Shown here: piece by piece, positions 23,647-38,600 of the stretch
How the letters are laid out: each line of letters starts with the position of its first letter
Numbering within the stretch: the stretch's first letter is position 1
Source of the DNA: Yuukianura sp. NJ FZ-2021
Lineage: Eukaryota
Length of the DNA: 64,000 nt
NCBI GenBank assembly: GCA_046563655.1
Contig: CM102287.1
Location: forward strand, 8,308,001-8,372,000
Direction of reading: 5' to 3'
Notes under the pieces: generated by a model
Told to the model about the DNA's origin: nothing
What the model saw: only the letters and a program-made list of their open reading frames with translations
Database searches by the model: none
Program-made: the position numbers and the translations under genes

Positions 23647-26600
23647 TTATGCTGCCGCAGCAGAACCAGAGGCCTGGCGTCCAACAAATTCGATTCTCCA
23701 GCCTGTTCCAGTGTTGTTGACACTGGACTTGTACCGTACCATGGCCATATCCGTGTCTCCATTGTACGTGGACGGAACGTCCTGATCAATCATAACAAAA
23801 ATTGACGCTCCAAAAATTTTTTTTTGGACAGCTTAGGTGAAAATTACTTTTCGGAAATATTTAAGGTGAAAAACAACTTTTCGAAACGAGTTAAGGTGAA
23901 AAGCTATTTTTCTACTCGAGATAGTTGACAAAAAGTTCCTATTGTTTAAAAATGTCGTATCTTACCCCTGCACAGTATGTTGTAAAAAGCGTAGGCTCTG
24001 AAGACGGATCGTGAGAATTCATTGACAGGATTTCCAAAAATGTATCAGTACAGACTCCGCTTATTCGAAAGCCTAAAGACAAGAAAAATGATCACACTTT
24101 CCATTAATATCTTACAGAAATATCCCATTACACAACATCCATCCATTATTTTTACGAACGTTATAGCCGAGAGCTGCCAAAAAATTTATACTCCTCGGTC
24201 GATTCGTTTAGAAAAAAAATTCAAAATTTAAAAAAATATCAAAATTTAAAGAAACAGTGACGCGGGAGGAATAAAGTGTAAAGTTGTGTAACCTTCAATT
24301 CCCACAAAACTTGTACAATTTTCATAATGTGGCCAAACCTAAAACTAAAATTTAGAAGAGCGGTATCATACTTAATTCAAAATTTTTGAAAAATGAACTT
24401 GGTTTAAAAAGTTCGACATGCTCTGTTTTTTCAATTCCACTTCAGAGAAACATCTTTTCGATCTAATTTATAAACCACGAGGAGAAAAGCGCTACAAAAA
24501 AATCAACATAAAAATAAAAGTTGCAGACCGAAAGCCGAACAGAATCGCTGGAGAAAGTTGAGCTTTCGCTTTTCCCGCTGGCTTTCTCTCCGTCGCATTT
24601 TCTAGCCAAACCCCACATTCAAAATTTTCCATCTCAGCATTACGATTACGCCTTTCCCTATTTACTAGAAAACACCTTTCCAGCGCCTTTTAAATTTAAT
24701 TTTCAGACTAAAACGTCCATTTCCTAGCAGCTCTAGAACGTTGAAGTCATTGCAGCGTCTAACAACTGAATTCCTCAGTTAAGTTCCAACTGCGCTTGTG
24801 CTGTTAAGCATTTTGACTAAAACTTACTCGTAAAAGAGAGACTGATCTTAAGTCCAGCTGGAACACGGATTCTCCAGGTACAGTCTCCAGCTTGTGAATA
24901 ATTTCCTGGATAAAATGGACTAGTGAAAGACCCACCCGTGTGGAACAGATCTCCTCCACAACCGGAGCCTGCAAGGACAGATAGAACATTTTATGAATGA
25001 AGAAGAGTGATTGAATTAAATCACTTGGAGCGACTTAGGAATTACGCTCCGACTCGAAACTACAAACTGGAAGAGGAGTTATTAAATAGGGTTCCGGGAT
25101 GTCAAATCTTTGTGTTTTACCGCAAAGTTTCCTATAACTGCCCTGGTAATTCAAAAGTTCACTTTCTACTTTCCCTTTCAATTTACAAACTTCTACGAAC
25201 AAGGCAAGTACAAAGCAATTTACACTGTAAGTGTCAATAATTACAGCACCAGGGCTGTTGTCGGAAGCTTTACGGTACTTTTAGTACCTGCAGTTGTCGT
25301 TGTATAGGAAAAGTCAAAACCGCGATTTGCGAGAAACTTTGTTACGTAATTAATCCAAAGGACATTTGTGGTAGAGAAAATTGGTTCAGGACGGCTGGTG
25401 CCACAAAATCTTCCATGCAATTCACCACTTCCGCTTCCCTCTCGAACCTATAGAAACATAAAAACCAAAATTTCAACTTCAAAATTTTAAAAATGAAAAA
25501 CCTTTCAAAAACTTATAAATTTTGCAAGTCATGTGTGAAAAATTCTAAACGGACTAAAAAGTTTTCCGGAAAGAGTTAAAAAACTGCAAAAGGTGCAGTT
25601 TGTTTTCAACTGTCGCTTTTTACCCTTCCTACCTAGACCATTTCTTTTTTAGTTTAAATTTTTTCACCAAAAACTTTCTCTGTCTCAGAAGCTGTCCAAA
25701 ATTCATTTCTTTGACTTCACCTCAGCGTTAAAACATAAAAACAGGAACAATTCAAACTTTGAAAAGAAAGACACGAATTTTAAAACAATTTTTTTTTCCC
25801 TAAAGTCTATTGTGTATAATTAAAAATTTTAAATTCAACTTTGAAAGCCGTTTTCCCTTTGTCCTGTTTTCTAAACCAATCCAAGGCCAAGAAGGATTAA
25901 ATACAACAAGAAAGAAAATTTCTCCTTTTTTCCATCAAATGAAGTGGGTGTAGATTTTTTTTTCTTTTTCCCTTGGAGCTTTTCCTTTTTTCATCCAAAC
26001 TTTCAAAAATCCAAAACCCCGTTTCAAGTTTCAATTATGAGCGAAAGGAAAAGAAGATTTTCTAAGAAGGAGGACAGTTTTGCGCTTCCCCTCGTCTTAA
26101 GTGTGTTCCGGTGAGAGGAGGAAGAGGAGACAGGAGAGAAAAGGCTTTAAAAACCTGTCGCTTTTCTAAAACTGTTCCAGTTTTTTCCTGGAAGCTCCAG
26201 TTACAAATTCCTGGAGGATAAAAAAGTTCGCAGAGAAAGTAATGGAGGGCCCTAGAGGAAGGACGCCTGCTACGAAGGCCGCCGCCTGTCACTTTCACCA
26301 CATTCAACTTTCCCCCACTCTATCAATCCCAACAAAAAGAAATAGAACAAAACTTTCTCAATTTTTTCCTCTTTAGTCTCAAAAGAACAAAAAAGAGGCG
26401 AGAAAATTACACTGCGAGAAAAGGAGACAATTGGTCTTGTTAAAAAACTAAAAAAAAAGTAAAAACCATTTCCATTTCGTAAAAACTAAAATTTTCGAAA
26501 GTAACAAAAATAAAAGTTTACCTCAAAAAATGACTCTCCACAGCCATTAGACTCTTCTAGCCGAAAGTCGTTAAAGTACATTGAAATGGTCGTGCCATTT

Positions 26601-29600
26601 CCCCCACGAATTGTTTTAATGCAGTTGGTGTATAATGGAGAATTAGTTGGCCATTCTGGACTAAACACTCGGCCTTGCATAGCGTCGTATGTTCGGTTGC
26701 AAGCTGGAAAGTCAAAAACAGAGCCCCATTTTAACATTTTACACAAAATTGTAAGAAAGGGTGGAAAAGTTTCAAAAATTCATTAAAAAGTTTAAAAACC
26801 CAACTTGAAACTAAAACTTTAAAAAATTTAAGTTAATCTTAGATCAAAGAAAACGCAGGAAATTCCAAATTTTACCTGCCGCTTTGTACTCCACTTTGAA
26901 GCCACGTCCAGCCCCACTTGTATCCGTCTCAAACAAAATCTCCAGCGAGCGTCCTACGGATATAAAATCCGAGGGTGTGGATTGCCCACAGTACTTGAAA
27001 TTCTTCATTATCGTGGCCTAAATTTTCGAGAAAAAAAAGTTTTTACAAAATTTTATGAAACATGTTAAATTCAAGTATGTCTGGAACAGAATAAATCCAA
27101 AGATTTTCTCTTTTTCCAAAACTTTCTTCAACTTTCACCCGAATCAATCAAGTCCTTTCATCGATGGACAGAAAAAACTCAATTCACAAAAGAGCAAAAA
27201 TCCTGCGATTTCTTGCCGTTTCAGCCGAAATTCACTTTTACAAACCTAACGTAACCTTGGTCTAGGTTTAACCTCACATTATAGTTTCTCTAGATGGACT
27301 TTGAGTAATGTTTTTCTTCAGTTTCCGCTCACCAAGCATAACTTTTTTCAGTGAAAGTTGAACGTTAGGTTGAAATAAATTACCGTGTCAATGTCATCGA
27401 GACCTCGAAATCGCCACTCAACTGCTTGCGTTCCGCTAAACAGAATTGGGCCTCCAATTCCTTCAGGTGAAGTATACTGAAAAACATTCAGAAAAAAAAA
27501 CGTGAAAATATGAAAAATCCATCCATCAAATTCATCTTTTCACTAAAATCGCATCTGCTCTTGGCCTCTTTTCGCCAATTCCCAAACTCCCTCTTCCATT
27601 CCTCTTCTTTTCTTCTCAAAAAAAGACGAACAAGATAAGCTAATATCCTTTCCTTTCTTTCATTTTTTTTTGAAAAAGCTGCTCTTTTTCAGAAAGCAAA
27701 AGAGCTCATCATTGTACTACTCATTTGGCTTGAGATCATAAATCATACAGAGGATCATCAGACAGTTTTAGGCTTTGAGCTCAAAAAAAGAAATGCGAAA
27801 CATGAATAATTGAACTTTCACTACACTTTTATAAAGCGTAGTGAGAGGCTAACAAAATATTCGGTTCTATTACATAACTAAACCGGAGATTCCACACAAA
27901 CCACACAAAAAGCCTCTCATGCACTTATGCATAGCCTAATTTCAAAATTTTTAGGTCTCCGAAAAACTAGATGCAACACTTTCTCCAAACTCATTTCATG
28001 TTAAAAAGTTCAATACACTCGCCGCTGTATTTTCAAATTTACTCTTTTGTAATTAGTCCAGAATTAAATTTTCAAAATCATCGCAGCATTCACTGTTCAA
28101 AATTATTTCATAATTCACTTTTGTAATTACTCTCATTTTCTCGTAAGTTTTGGACTAAAACGGAAAATGTTTTCGAAAAGTTTGCCATGAGTTCTGCCAG
28201 TGAAGTTGTTACAATTATTCATCTCTAGCGAAAATGCAGAACCCTGTGCAAATGCGGAATTAATGAAAATCTCTATGGAGAGAAAGTGCCTGAAAGTGAA
28301 GCCGTTGCTCCTAATGAGATTTTCTAAGAATGGAACGCCCTTCGTCACTAACATTTCTACATAGTTTTTGTACACTCAAGCATAGTTCTGCACCCACACT
28401 TAAGGAACTTGTGGATTTGTCTCAAGTAGCAACAGAAACACCCTCTGCATTTTGACACTTTTAATGAGCCAGGCAACTGAACTTCTCGAATGCACTTTCT
28501 CTCCAACGAAACTGTTTTCCGTCCAAATGACCCGCATTGAACTTTATAACACCATCGCTGCGTTGCAAACCAAACTTCAAAAATATTTACCAAAAACAAA
28601 CATGTTAAGCAAATATGTAGAAAAATAGTCAGCATTTCTCACCGAAGAAGACACGTCTCGAATTTGGAGTCGGTCTTTGGAGCAATCTGGACTCGCTTCA
28701 AGATCTAACTCAAGGAATCGAATGTCAACTTCATCATGAAACCTTTCACCATCTACAATCCATCGACATCGCAGATTCGGTTCATAGGCATTTGGATATG
28801 ACGGACTCATCAGAATGTGTGCTTCCGAGGTAGCGTTCAGCGCCAGCGATGGTCCACAAGGAGCTGGAAAACAAGCACAAGAAAAACATCATTGATTATC
28901 AGTTCAAACTACGTCTTCGGATGATCCAAAAAACTCAGTTTAAAATTGAATCTGTTCCTCAAAAGACAAACGACGCTGATTTGCATCCAATTTGAAGCCA
29001 AGGGCATCTCTTTGGTCTGGCTGGAGAGACAGATGCTGCTCATTCGTATTCATCCCAGCGCCTCTTCCCATTTTTCCATGTACACACACACACAACGCTC
29101 TCTTTAATTTTTTAGAAGAGGGTTCTATTCTCCAAAAAAAATCAGAGCTTTCGCCATCATCTAAAACTCTAAACCGTGTAACCAATCTGGGAAAGAACAA
29201 ACTTTAAGAGCAGCGTTGTGCTCCAGATGAGAATGGAGAAGGGAGGCTTACAGGGTCGAGAGGAAATGGATGCCCCGAAGCCAGGGAATTGATAGGACCC
29301 ATCAGACATGAAATTGATCCAGAGGAAATTGGAGGACGAAGTGAGGCGTGGAGGCGCAGTGGATCCACAGAATCTTCCAAGAACAGAGGCCGAAGGTCCT
29401 GGTCCATCACGGATCTAGAAAGGCGTAAAATTCGGATTTCAAAACTCAGTTTTCAAAAAAAGTGAAGGAAAAGAAAGTTTTCTAACTTGAACTTTTCAAA
29501 ATCAAATGAAGGATCTGTAAAATTCTCTATTCCTCTCCTTTCCAAATTCCAGGAAGTGAGAGATCATAGGCAGATTCCGACATTTTTCAAGGTTCGTATA

Positions 29601-32600
29601 CAAGAAAGTAGTTTTTTCTTCAACAGGTTAGGCAATAACTCGAACTTTTTAAATTTTGTTAAAAAACTAACAAAACTTGGTTCACCATGGTTTTCTATGA
29701 CAATGATTTATATGTAATCCAACGGGATTGGGGGAAAAAGTGTTAGCAGCGAGATTTTGTTTTTTAAAAACTTACTTAAGTGCCTAACCTGTTACAGAAA
29801 AACTATTACGTTGCTAGCAACCTTGATTTCTCCATTTGGTTTTATCAATGCTTTGTTTCATACCTCCACAAAATCGTACGGACATTCGTCGCCCATCACT
29901 GTTGTTCCATTGCCTTGATTTCCTTGGATCGTAAACGACGTAAAGCTCAAATCAAGTACTTGATAGTCCGGACCAATAATAAGCCACTGGCAGTCCAAGT
30001 ACGCAGCATATTTTCCATCAGCACCCTGCGGCGCTCTTATTGTTTGCGTCGCTCCACTGCTAGCATTAATTCTTCCTCCACAACCAGCTTCAGGTCCTGT
30101 AAAGAAACCAAGAAAAGACAATGCTCAAATTGTACAACCAATTTCCAGCCTCTCGTTTTGTCCTCAAATAAACACAATAATTTCATGAGTCACACGACCG
30201 TGAAAAGGGATTCATAAAAACCCGGGCATTACTGAACATCTCTTTCACAAGAAACACGACAAGACGCAGATAAAAGAAAGTAAACCTCCGCCTTTCAAGA
30301 AAGGACGACCCGGGAAAAAGCAATTCTCTGGGGCAGTCATGGACAATGAAAGTGTTGCCAAGACTTTCTCTTGCCAAACACCATTGCTACTAGTATGTAC
30401 CTTTATGATAAAGATAATTCTGATTGCTCTCGTTCCTTTGCGTTGCGTTAGGCTAACTTAACCTAACTTGTATCTTCCTACATAGCATCGTCATCACGAC
30501 TTGACTCAAACTTAACCAAGTCAAAGACAAAAGAGAAAGGAACTGGAAGTTCTCCAAAGGGAACCGTCTCAAAGGAAATGAATTGCACCTTGAGCAGTCT
30601 GCTTTCCTTTTATTTCCTTCCTACCAAAAACATAAAATCAGCGCCTTCCAGTGGTGCCCTTTGCCCTCCCTGTCTTATTTATGAAAATAAACACGTTTTT
30701 ACACAGAAAAACAGGGTACTGATTTGATTTCCTTTCCCTTAAGTCCCCTCGCGTCCCCTCAGACTAAAAAAAGTGAAGGAAAATTTTCCCAGTGAAGCGA
30801 AATGTTCATTCAACGTGCTTTTACGACGCCTGAAAATTGAGCCAAGCGTTCTAACTGATTTTATGATCCCATTTGGTCTAAATTGCTCTCGTGTCTTTCT
30901 CATGGTTTATAACGGTTAAAGGTTAAATATTCGACCTGCCAAAAAAGATCACAGGAAAAGGTGAAAACGAGTTTAGTTGAAAAGAGATCTGTTTTATAGA
31001 GTCTGTTGAATTCGCATGGGAATTCACAACTTCAATCAAAATCAAATAAAACTCACTCTTATTGTAAAAGAGACGAAAATCAAAAACAGGTCACACTCAA
31101 AAAACAACATTTTTTAAATCTACTTACAGAAGGTAAATCGAAAAAAAAGAAGATAAAAAATGTTTTTAAAATCCGTGACTGTTGGCTGTCAAATATTCTC
31201 AGCCTTCCCTGAATTTCTGAAAAGTCATAACTTTTCGAGATTTTTTTTAAGTTTTGGTTTTGTTGTTCTTTTCTTTATAGCATGCATTTTTAAATTGTTT
31301 TGCCTACTTCTACTGAACGTTTATCTCACTATAGTGGTAAAGTGGCCAAAATAATTCATCAGTTGAAGAGGAATGCTCAGAATTCTAGATTCGAAAAGAG
31401 AAAAGTGAAAGTTGTTGGTTTATAATTTCACGCCTTGTTTTGACTCTAAGATTTCCTTGCGGCTGTGGTATGATTGGAATCGGATTCCATCATGGGAATA
31501 AATGAAGCCAAACTAGGATAAATCTTTATGTCAAATCGCAAAATTTTGTGAGTTCAGCGGATATACCAGATTGAATTGACTGCGAGAATTTTTACCCCCA
31601 AATTCTTTAGAATTCAGTGAAAGCATAGAATATTCTATAGAATATAGAAAAGCATAGATTTAGCACAAAGCCTTTCTAACAATTCGTTTGGTAACTCACC
31701 GATAGTGAAATCAATAGCTCCCATGAATCCAGAATGCTCCACGGAGTGATCCGTGACGAATTGCACAGTCATCACTGGGCCAGTGGACATAATCCTTGGA
31801 ATATCCTCTGTTAAATTTCCACAAAAAGTTCCTAGTTTCTGCTCTTCATTTCCCCAGTGTGAATTGAACAGTTTGACATAGTCATAATAGCAAAGTCGAC
31901 TGTACTCCAGTTCCATCCGTTCAAATCTAGGACACAAAAAATACAATATAAAGAACAAAAGAGAAAGACATCAAATAAAACTTTTCCCAACAACAAAATC
32001 CCTCAACTCCTCTAATCAACTTTTGACCTCCGCCTTTGTCCAGCGTTTCCCTCTGGAACTAAAGCGTCATTCCTTCACTTTTTTAATACACCAAAACTAT
32101 TCTGGAGGAACTTAGAACAAAATTTAACCTCGGGGAACTTGGTTTCCTTTGTTTTTTAAAAAAGTTCAAAAAATGTCCAGGAGTGCTCTACTTTCTCCTG
32201 GTTCTTGAATAAATTCGACAGCCTAATATTAATGATTAGTTATTACAAAAGTGTAGGGCCATGACCAAGGTACTTCCAAAGTCTTGTAACCTCATTTACA
32301 TCGAAATTACATTCTCTATGAACAACGCACAAAGTTTGAGCAGAACGATGAGCTGCAAAAGAGGAAGCTATGGATTTGGATGAGAAAAGTTTTGGTTATG
32401 AAATCTCCAGGTCCTTTCATCCTTTAATCCATGCTCCAGCGCTGCTGCTCAGCGGTGTGCTTCCAGTGGTCAGAGTCTGGGGAATCAATAAGCAGCCCAA
32501 AGCCCTTGTCGTCGACAGGTAACCCATTCAAAACTAACTTTTCAACCAAAAACAAAGCTCAGAGAGATAAAAGAACATTTCGGGAAAAACTAATTAAGAA

Positions 32601-35600
32601 ATTCACTCTCGGGAATTCATTTTGACGAATCCGGACAAAGCGAAACAGCGTCGGATGAAGCTCCACGCAAGTTATAGTGCGGATATGGTAGGTCAAGTAA
32701 TATCGCCGCCTCGTTGCGTCTGATAGACATGAGTTTCTACTTTCAGCTTTATCTGATTTCATCTTTGATGAAACATGTCAAATCAGAGTTGAAAGTTGAA
32801 GGTTAGATTTTGAAGTTTTTGGATTAGATCTGTCAAAATTCTGGGAAAAGTTTTCTAATAACTTTCATATTTTTGATGTTTACAAACTTACTTGAATCTG
32901 ACAACTTTTCCAGCAGGAGCCACAATTTTCCAAGTACAGTTCATATTCGGTGCAGACGTAAATGGGTGACCAGGAGATTGAATCGTCGTTTCCTCATGCA
33001 CTTCGCCTCCACAATCTGTCAAGATTAAATTAACTTTTAAAATACATATCTCATTTTTCTTTTTTCTATAATAAAAAGTTCATCTTCATCTTCATTTTTA
33101 GTAAGGTTTAAGCCTATCCCTTTCATCTCTCTTTCGATTCCCTGTGAATAAGTCGGAAAATAGGTTAAATTAAACTATAACATTTTTATGTTCCTTCTGC
33201 TTGACGAAATGGAAGAAAGTTGAGAGAGATCTCCGGAAACTACATTTCCCCTTCCCCACCAAACCCAAAACGCTCCTCAATGAATTTCAATTTCACTCTC
33301 CGCTTCTATGGTTTTGGTGGGGCGGGTAGTGGGCTCTTCTCATGCAAAAACCGAGTAAATAGTTTCAACCAACATCATCTAGCATAATAACAAAGGATTC
33401 GTTTCTCAATCCACCAACTCCTCCCATTGTCCCACCATTTCAATTCCGACTCACGATACATTGCCTTTCGCTTTCTCTCTCGTTTGCTCCCTTTCCGTTT
33501 CCCCGGGTTTTTCTTTTGCCTACTCAACTGAGTAATAATCTATCTCGGGGACTCCGGTGAACACATTAATTTGTGATCCAATCCCTTACGGTAAATATTA
33601 TACTCGGCTCGGAATCCATATGTCTCAAAGTGTGCCATGTAGTTGTACACGAGCGTCAGGGCACCGTGACCAATAAATGTGTTTGGTGGTACTTCTTGGC
33701 CACAGAATCGCCCTAGGAAGCGGGTACTGTAAGGGCCGGCCTGCACTTCAGTTTTGTTGCCTTGGCGGAGCGTGACCTAAAAAAAATTTTTTGCTTTTTA
33801 GACGTTTAGACTTAGAGTAACTAAATTTTTTTTTAAAATTCTAGCCATTTAAAGGTGACTTACGTTGACTACGGGACAAGATTCGGTCAAATCTGAGGCA
33901 CGCCAGCCACTTGTTGCTGGAACTGAAAAGTTGGAAAAAATTAGCATTCATTTCAGAAGAGTGTAGCAGACGTTGTAGTTAATTCTTAGCTCGTTTGTCA
34001 TTTATGGCTGAAAAATATTTGGAACTTTTACCGGAGACATCAAAATCGGGCAAGAATTTGAGAACAATGTAGTCGTCCTTGTCCTGCCCTTGGATTGTAT
34101 AGTAACAATCCTGAACTTTGTGATTATTTTCCCATCCAACGTAAGAACGAGACCAAAACGAACTGGCACTAGCATGCCATGAGTGATTATAACGATCGTA
34201 GTGAGCAGATCGTATGACCCCAGAGTCCTCCCTGAAGATTCCACCGCATACGGAATACCAATGGAGCTAGAACCAATGAAAACAACATCACACTCTTCAC
34301 TGTTTGCACAGAAACAGAAATTGTCAAAAATACCGTAAAACCGTCTCCATCAACTTCGCCATTTGACCTGAATAACACTCTGACACTTGCAGTTGTCGTG
34401 TTGACAGGCGGTGGTACTTGGCGTCCACAAAATCGGCCAACCGGTGACCAATAGGTTCCTATCTTTTCAGAAATCTAAAAAAAACGTATCAAATTGTAAC
34501 TTCAAGTACCCGAATGAATGCAATCCGAGAAAGAATTTAAACCATGTTCGAAACCATTTGATTTTCACCTCAACAAAGTCGTTGCTACAGTTCGTTTGAG
34601 CCTCAAGATCAAAACGACCATCAAACTGCAGGTTGAGTGTGTACCCAGGAACACTTTCTAGAATCCATTCGCACTCGACATTACTCGGGTAGCGTGACGA
34701 CGAGTAGCTGACTCTTGGAGACTGTAAAGTGCCAGTTTTCCGGTGAACAACTCCACCGCATCCTTTGTCCAGTCGTTGAGTTTCAATCCGAAATCCGCGT
34801 CCGTTTCCGTTTGAAATATCATCCGAATGAAATTCAATCCAGAGACCCGATGACATTGAGATGATTGGTGGTGGAATGTTTGTGCCACAGTACTTTCCTA
34901 GAAGTGGTGAAGTATAGAACAGTCCATTTCGAACTACAAGGTAATCTCGATCGCATCCCTGGTCATCTTGATGATCGTCCAACTGCAAGTCAGTTATTAT
35001 AAGCTGAATCTGACCACTGCCAAAGTTGAGTTTCCAAATACATTCAATGTTGGTTCCATAAGGACTTGGAAAATTGGGAGATTCGATGGTTCCATTAGGC
35101 TGAGTAATGATTCCTCCGCAGCCAATCACTTGATAGGTCAAGTTGAACGATGATTCCAAATGCCTCGCCTAAAAAAGTGAACAAACGTTTTCAGCCATCC
35201 TTGAATTTCCCTCATAAGTTCATGATACGAATCTTACAGAATAATATATTTGGAAGAAACTTCCTGGAAGATACAGTTTAACATTCGATTGCCGTCCGCA
35301 ATAGCCTTTGTCGTCCCAGTAGTTGGTCTCAGACATTGCAAACCTAAGACTTCCAATGTTGCACGTATTCGGCGTCTTTCCTGAGTCCGCCCAAGGTGGA
35401 ATCCTTAAGTCCACGATGGTTATAATCGTGGTTGCGTTGTCCCCTTGGCCCGGATGACTCCAACCACATACAACGGAGGATGTTTCATTAGGAGTTGCTG
35501 TTTGGTCCAACGGCGACGTCACGACACCGAAATCTCCATCCAAGTCTCCTCCACATACTAAAAAGACAATCCATTCCTAAAAACTATTCCGCCACTATTT

Positions 35601-38600
35601 TTTAAATTTTAAAGCAAACGAAGATTAGTGTTACTTGTTGGCAGTTCAGTAGTAAATCTCGCACGAAATCCACGGTGGGCCACTGTAGCATCACTTCTGA
35701 AGCCGACAACCAAATAACTGTGTGTGGTTTCCACGGGACGCGGAAGCGTTCCACCACAGATTTGTGAGTTATTGTACATTCGCATATAATTGTAACTATA
35801 CCACAAGTTTTTACGAGATCCGACGTACTGACCAACCTAAATCATAAAGAAATACGGGTCAGTCAATGCACTTGAAGTCCTAATTCAATAAAGTTTTTAC
35901 GTAAATATAGTCAGAGCAGGACGTGCTCGCTGGTGTAACAACTTGTGGCTCCAGGTCAAAATCTAGGAACTCCAAACGGACTCTGCGATTCTCTGGGGCA
36001 ACGATTCTCCAATAGCACCACAAGTAGCGTGGATAAGGTCGAGGGTAACCTGGCGATTCAATAGTTCCAGACGGTTGTCCGTGTATAGTGCCGCCACATT
36101 CTCAATTCAAAAAAAAAATCAAAAAATTAACAATTCCGAAATTCCGTACAAGAAAAATCAATCTGCTTACGGTCTCGAGATGAACTGAAAGTCATTTTGA
36201 ATCCTTTTCGAGTTTCTGAAATCGCATCGGATCGAAATCTGACATGGACGACGTTTGTACTGGTTTGAATTCGAGGCAGAGCAACCATCCCTCCGCTAGC
36301 AGAGACTCCGCAAAAGTTCCAAGTCCTCGGGTTATCAATTCCTGCAAATCATTCTTCGTTCTTAATTTCCATTTCTGAACTAAACTCCGTACAAAGAAAT
36401 TTCTAAATTCTGCATCGATTTGACAATTTCAAAAAAAAGATTTTCAGAACTCCATATTCGTCGGGCAAAAATATGTTGTACAGGGTTTTGGCAAAAAAGG
36501 GCAATGAATTCCTTCATCTGAGATGGATAACTTTTAAAGTTGGTATGCAATCTTTAAGTACGATTGAACTTTTGAAATAAATTTTCAGAATAAAAGAAAT
36601 ACCTGTGATGTTGTCCTCCGTAATCTGTAAGAAATCGCGTGTGCAATTTACTGGTCCAGTTCCTGTTGTATTAGGCCTAAATTGGTTCGTCCCAATTTCT
36701 AAATCCGTGAAGCCAATATTCAAGTAATTCCCTTCAGGTCCTCGAAGTGTCCACAAGCAATCTGCAAACATTTTCACAATTTAGGACAACATCTACTCAA
36801 AACTTGCAAAAACGCTCAATTACCAAGATTGGTCTCATACGAAACAGGATATCCAGGTGAAGTCACAGATTCTAAAAACAAGTAAGCACGCAAATCCAAA
36901 CATCTTCCCAATAATTTTCTCATAAATTCAAGAAATTCTACATACCATAATAACCCGTTATCGTTCCACCGCATCGAGCTAAGGAAAAAAAAAGTCAATC
37001 AAAAAAGTATTTGCTAAAAAAGAATGAATCCAGTATTTTTTGGTAGTTACGAACCAACTGATGCTTGAGCCTTGAATCCAATTTGAGGTTCATTGGAATT
37101 TGTGTAGTACCGAACATACATGATATTTTCCGTGCTCCTTTGTGTTGCTGGAAGGTCAGTTCCACAAAATGTGTTCAAAAGTGGAGACATTCTAGTTCCG
37201 CCGTTCCTGATTTCCACCCCTTCGATGGTGCAACTGAAAATATAGATTTTACTATTGAAGAAAAATCTAACTACAAAAAATCTTCATTTTTAAATACTAC
37301 AGGATCATATTTACCCAGGAGAAGCTCTAAATTGAAAGTTAAGTTGAAAATCCAGCCGAACGAGTTCGTGTGGTGGAACAGTGAAAACCCATTCACACTC
37401 CGTGAAAGGTTGTGGAACGTTGGGGTAGTTCGGGGATGAAAAAGCAAACTCTCTGTCTTCATCTGTCAAATGAATTTGGCCTCCACATCCAACTGAAACT
37501 TCCGTAAAAATCAGCTCAAATCCCTGCAGTTATCACAAAATTAGTTAATTTGAGTTTGAGAAATTCCATTCTTTTAGTAATGAGAAATATTTAACAGTCA
37601 ACTTATATATTTTCAGTATTTCAGTACCCTGCCTTGCGTCGAAAACGCTTGAAACCGAATATACAGTTGATTTCCCGTAGTTTCCGGAATGCTAGTTGGA
37701 CGCACGTTTCCGCAATAACGACCTTGGCCCAAAAACGGAGAGTCAACGTGACCTCCGTTTCGCAACTACAAAAAAAAATCAAAATATTTAAGAAAAGCAG
37801 CAATTTTTGCAAAAAATTATATATGAATTTTGACATTACAATGAGCCGATCAGTGGAGCACTCCGTTTGCTGTCCTCTTGTGTAAATATCCATTTGTCTA
37901 ATTGCAACATTAATTGTTCTTCCAGGCCTCACAATTACAGTCCAAACGCAATCGGAATAGCCATAATTTTGTGGATAATTTGGAGAAGTGATTCGTCCTC
38001 TCGTGTCCCGAATGGTCCCTATCAATACACGAGCCAAAACCCATTAAAAAGTTGTGATACAAAGTGACATACTGACCCTGTATTAATGTTTTCAATATTG
38101 TGGAAATAAAGTGAATTTTTGTGCTTCTGTCATCGCTTTTCATGATTCTATTAATTTTTTCAAACCTCCACATATGGGAGACAGCGTCAAATTGAATCCC
38201 ACCCTCCCCACGGAAGGATCCGTTCTAAAAACGATTTTTATCGTCCGTCCAGATGAAACCAAAATCATGTCTTTGTCACTTCTTCGGCAGAGCGTCTGAT
38301 TTAGCAAATAGTTCGCTGAAAGCTCTTCCTCTGTACAAAAGTAATAAAAAGTGAAAGTCATGAGTGTCTCAGAAGATTCGTAAGTTGTGACCATAAAAAT
38401 TGCATTTTACCAACGAAGACGTCCACTCCATCGAAGGCACATGTAACATGCGACTCAAGGTCCATGTCTTCCACTCTGACCTTAACTAAGTAGCCTGGTG
38501 GAGAGTTGATGATCCACTCGCAGCGAATGCTTGAGTTATAGCCAGGAGGATTTGGACTCGGGTAGCCAGGACTCGTTAGGCTAGTGTCATTTCCTGCAGT

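Noticed and set aside
23562..23805. Track ORFs at 23.6-23.8 kb as an independent small gene or first exon of the channel
   Set aside because: A different minus-strand frame encodes the end of CUB27 and the cubilin stop codon.
27731..27740. TGAGATCAT, matching the 5' end of bantam miRNA
   Set aside because: The match is only 9 nt, the rest of the mature sequence is absent and no hairpin is evident.
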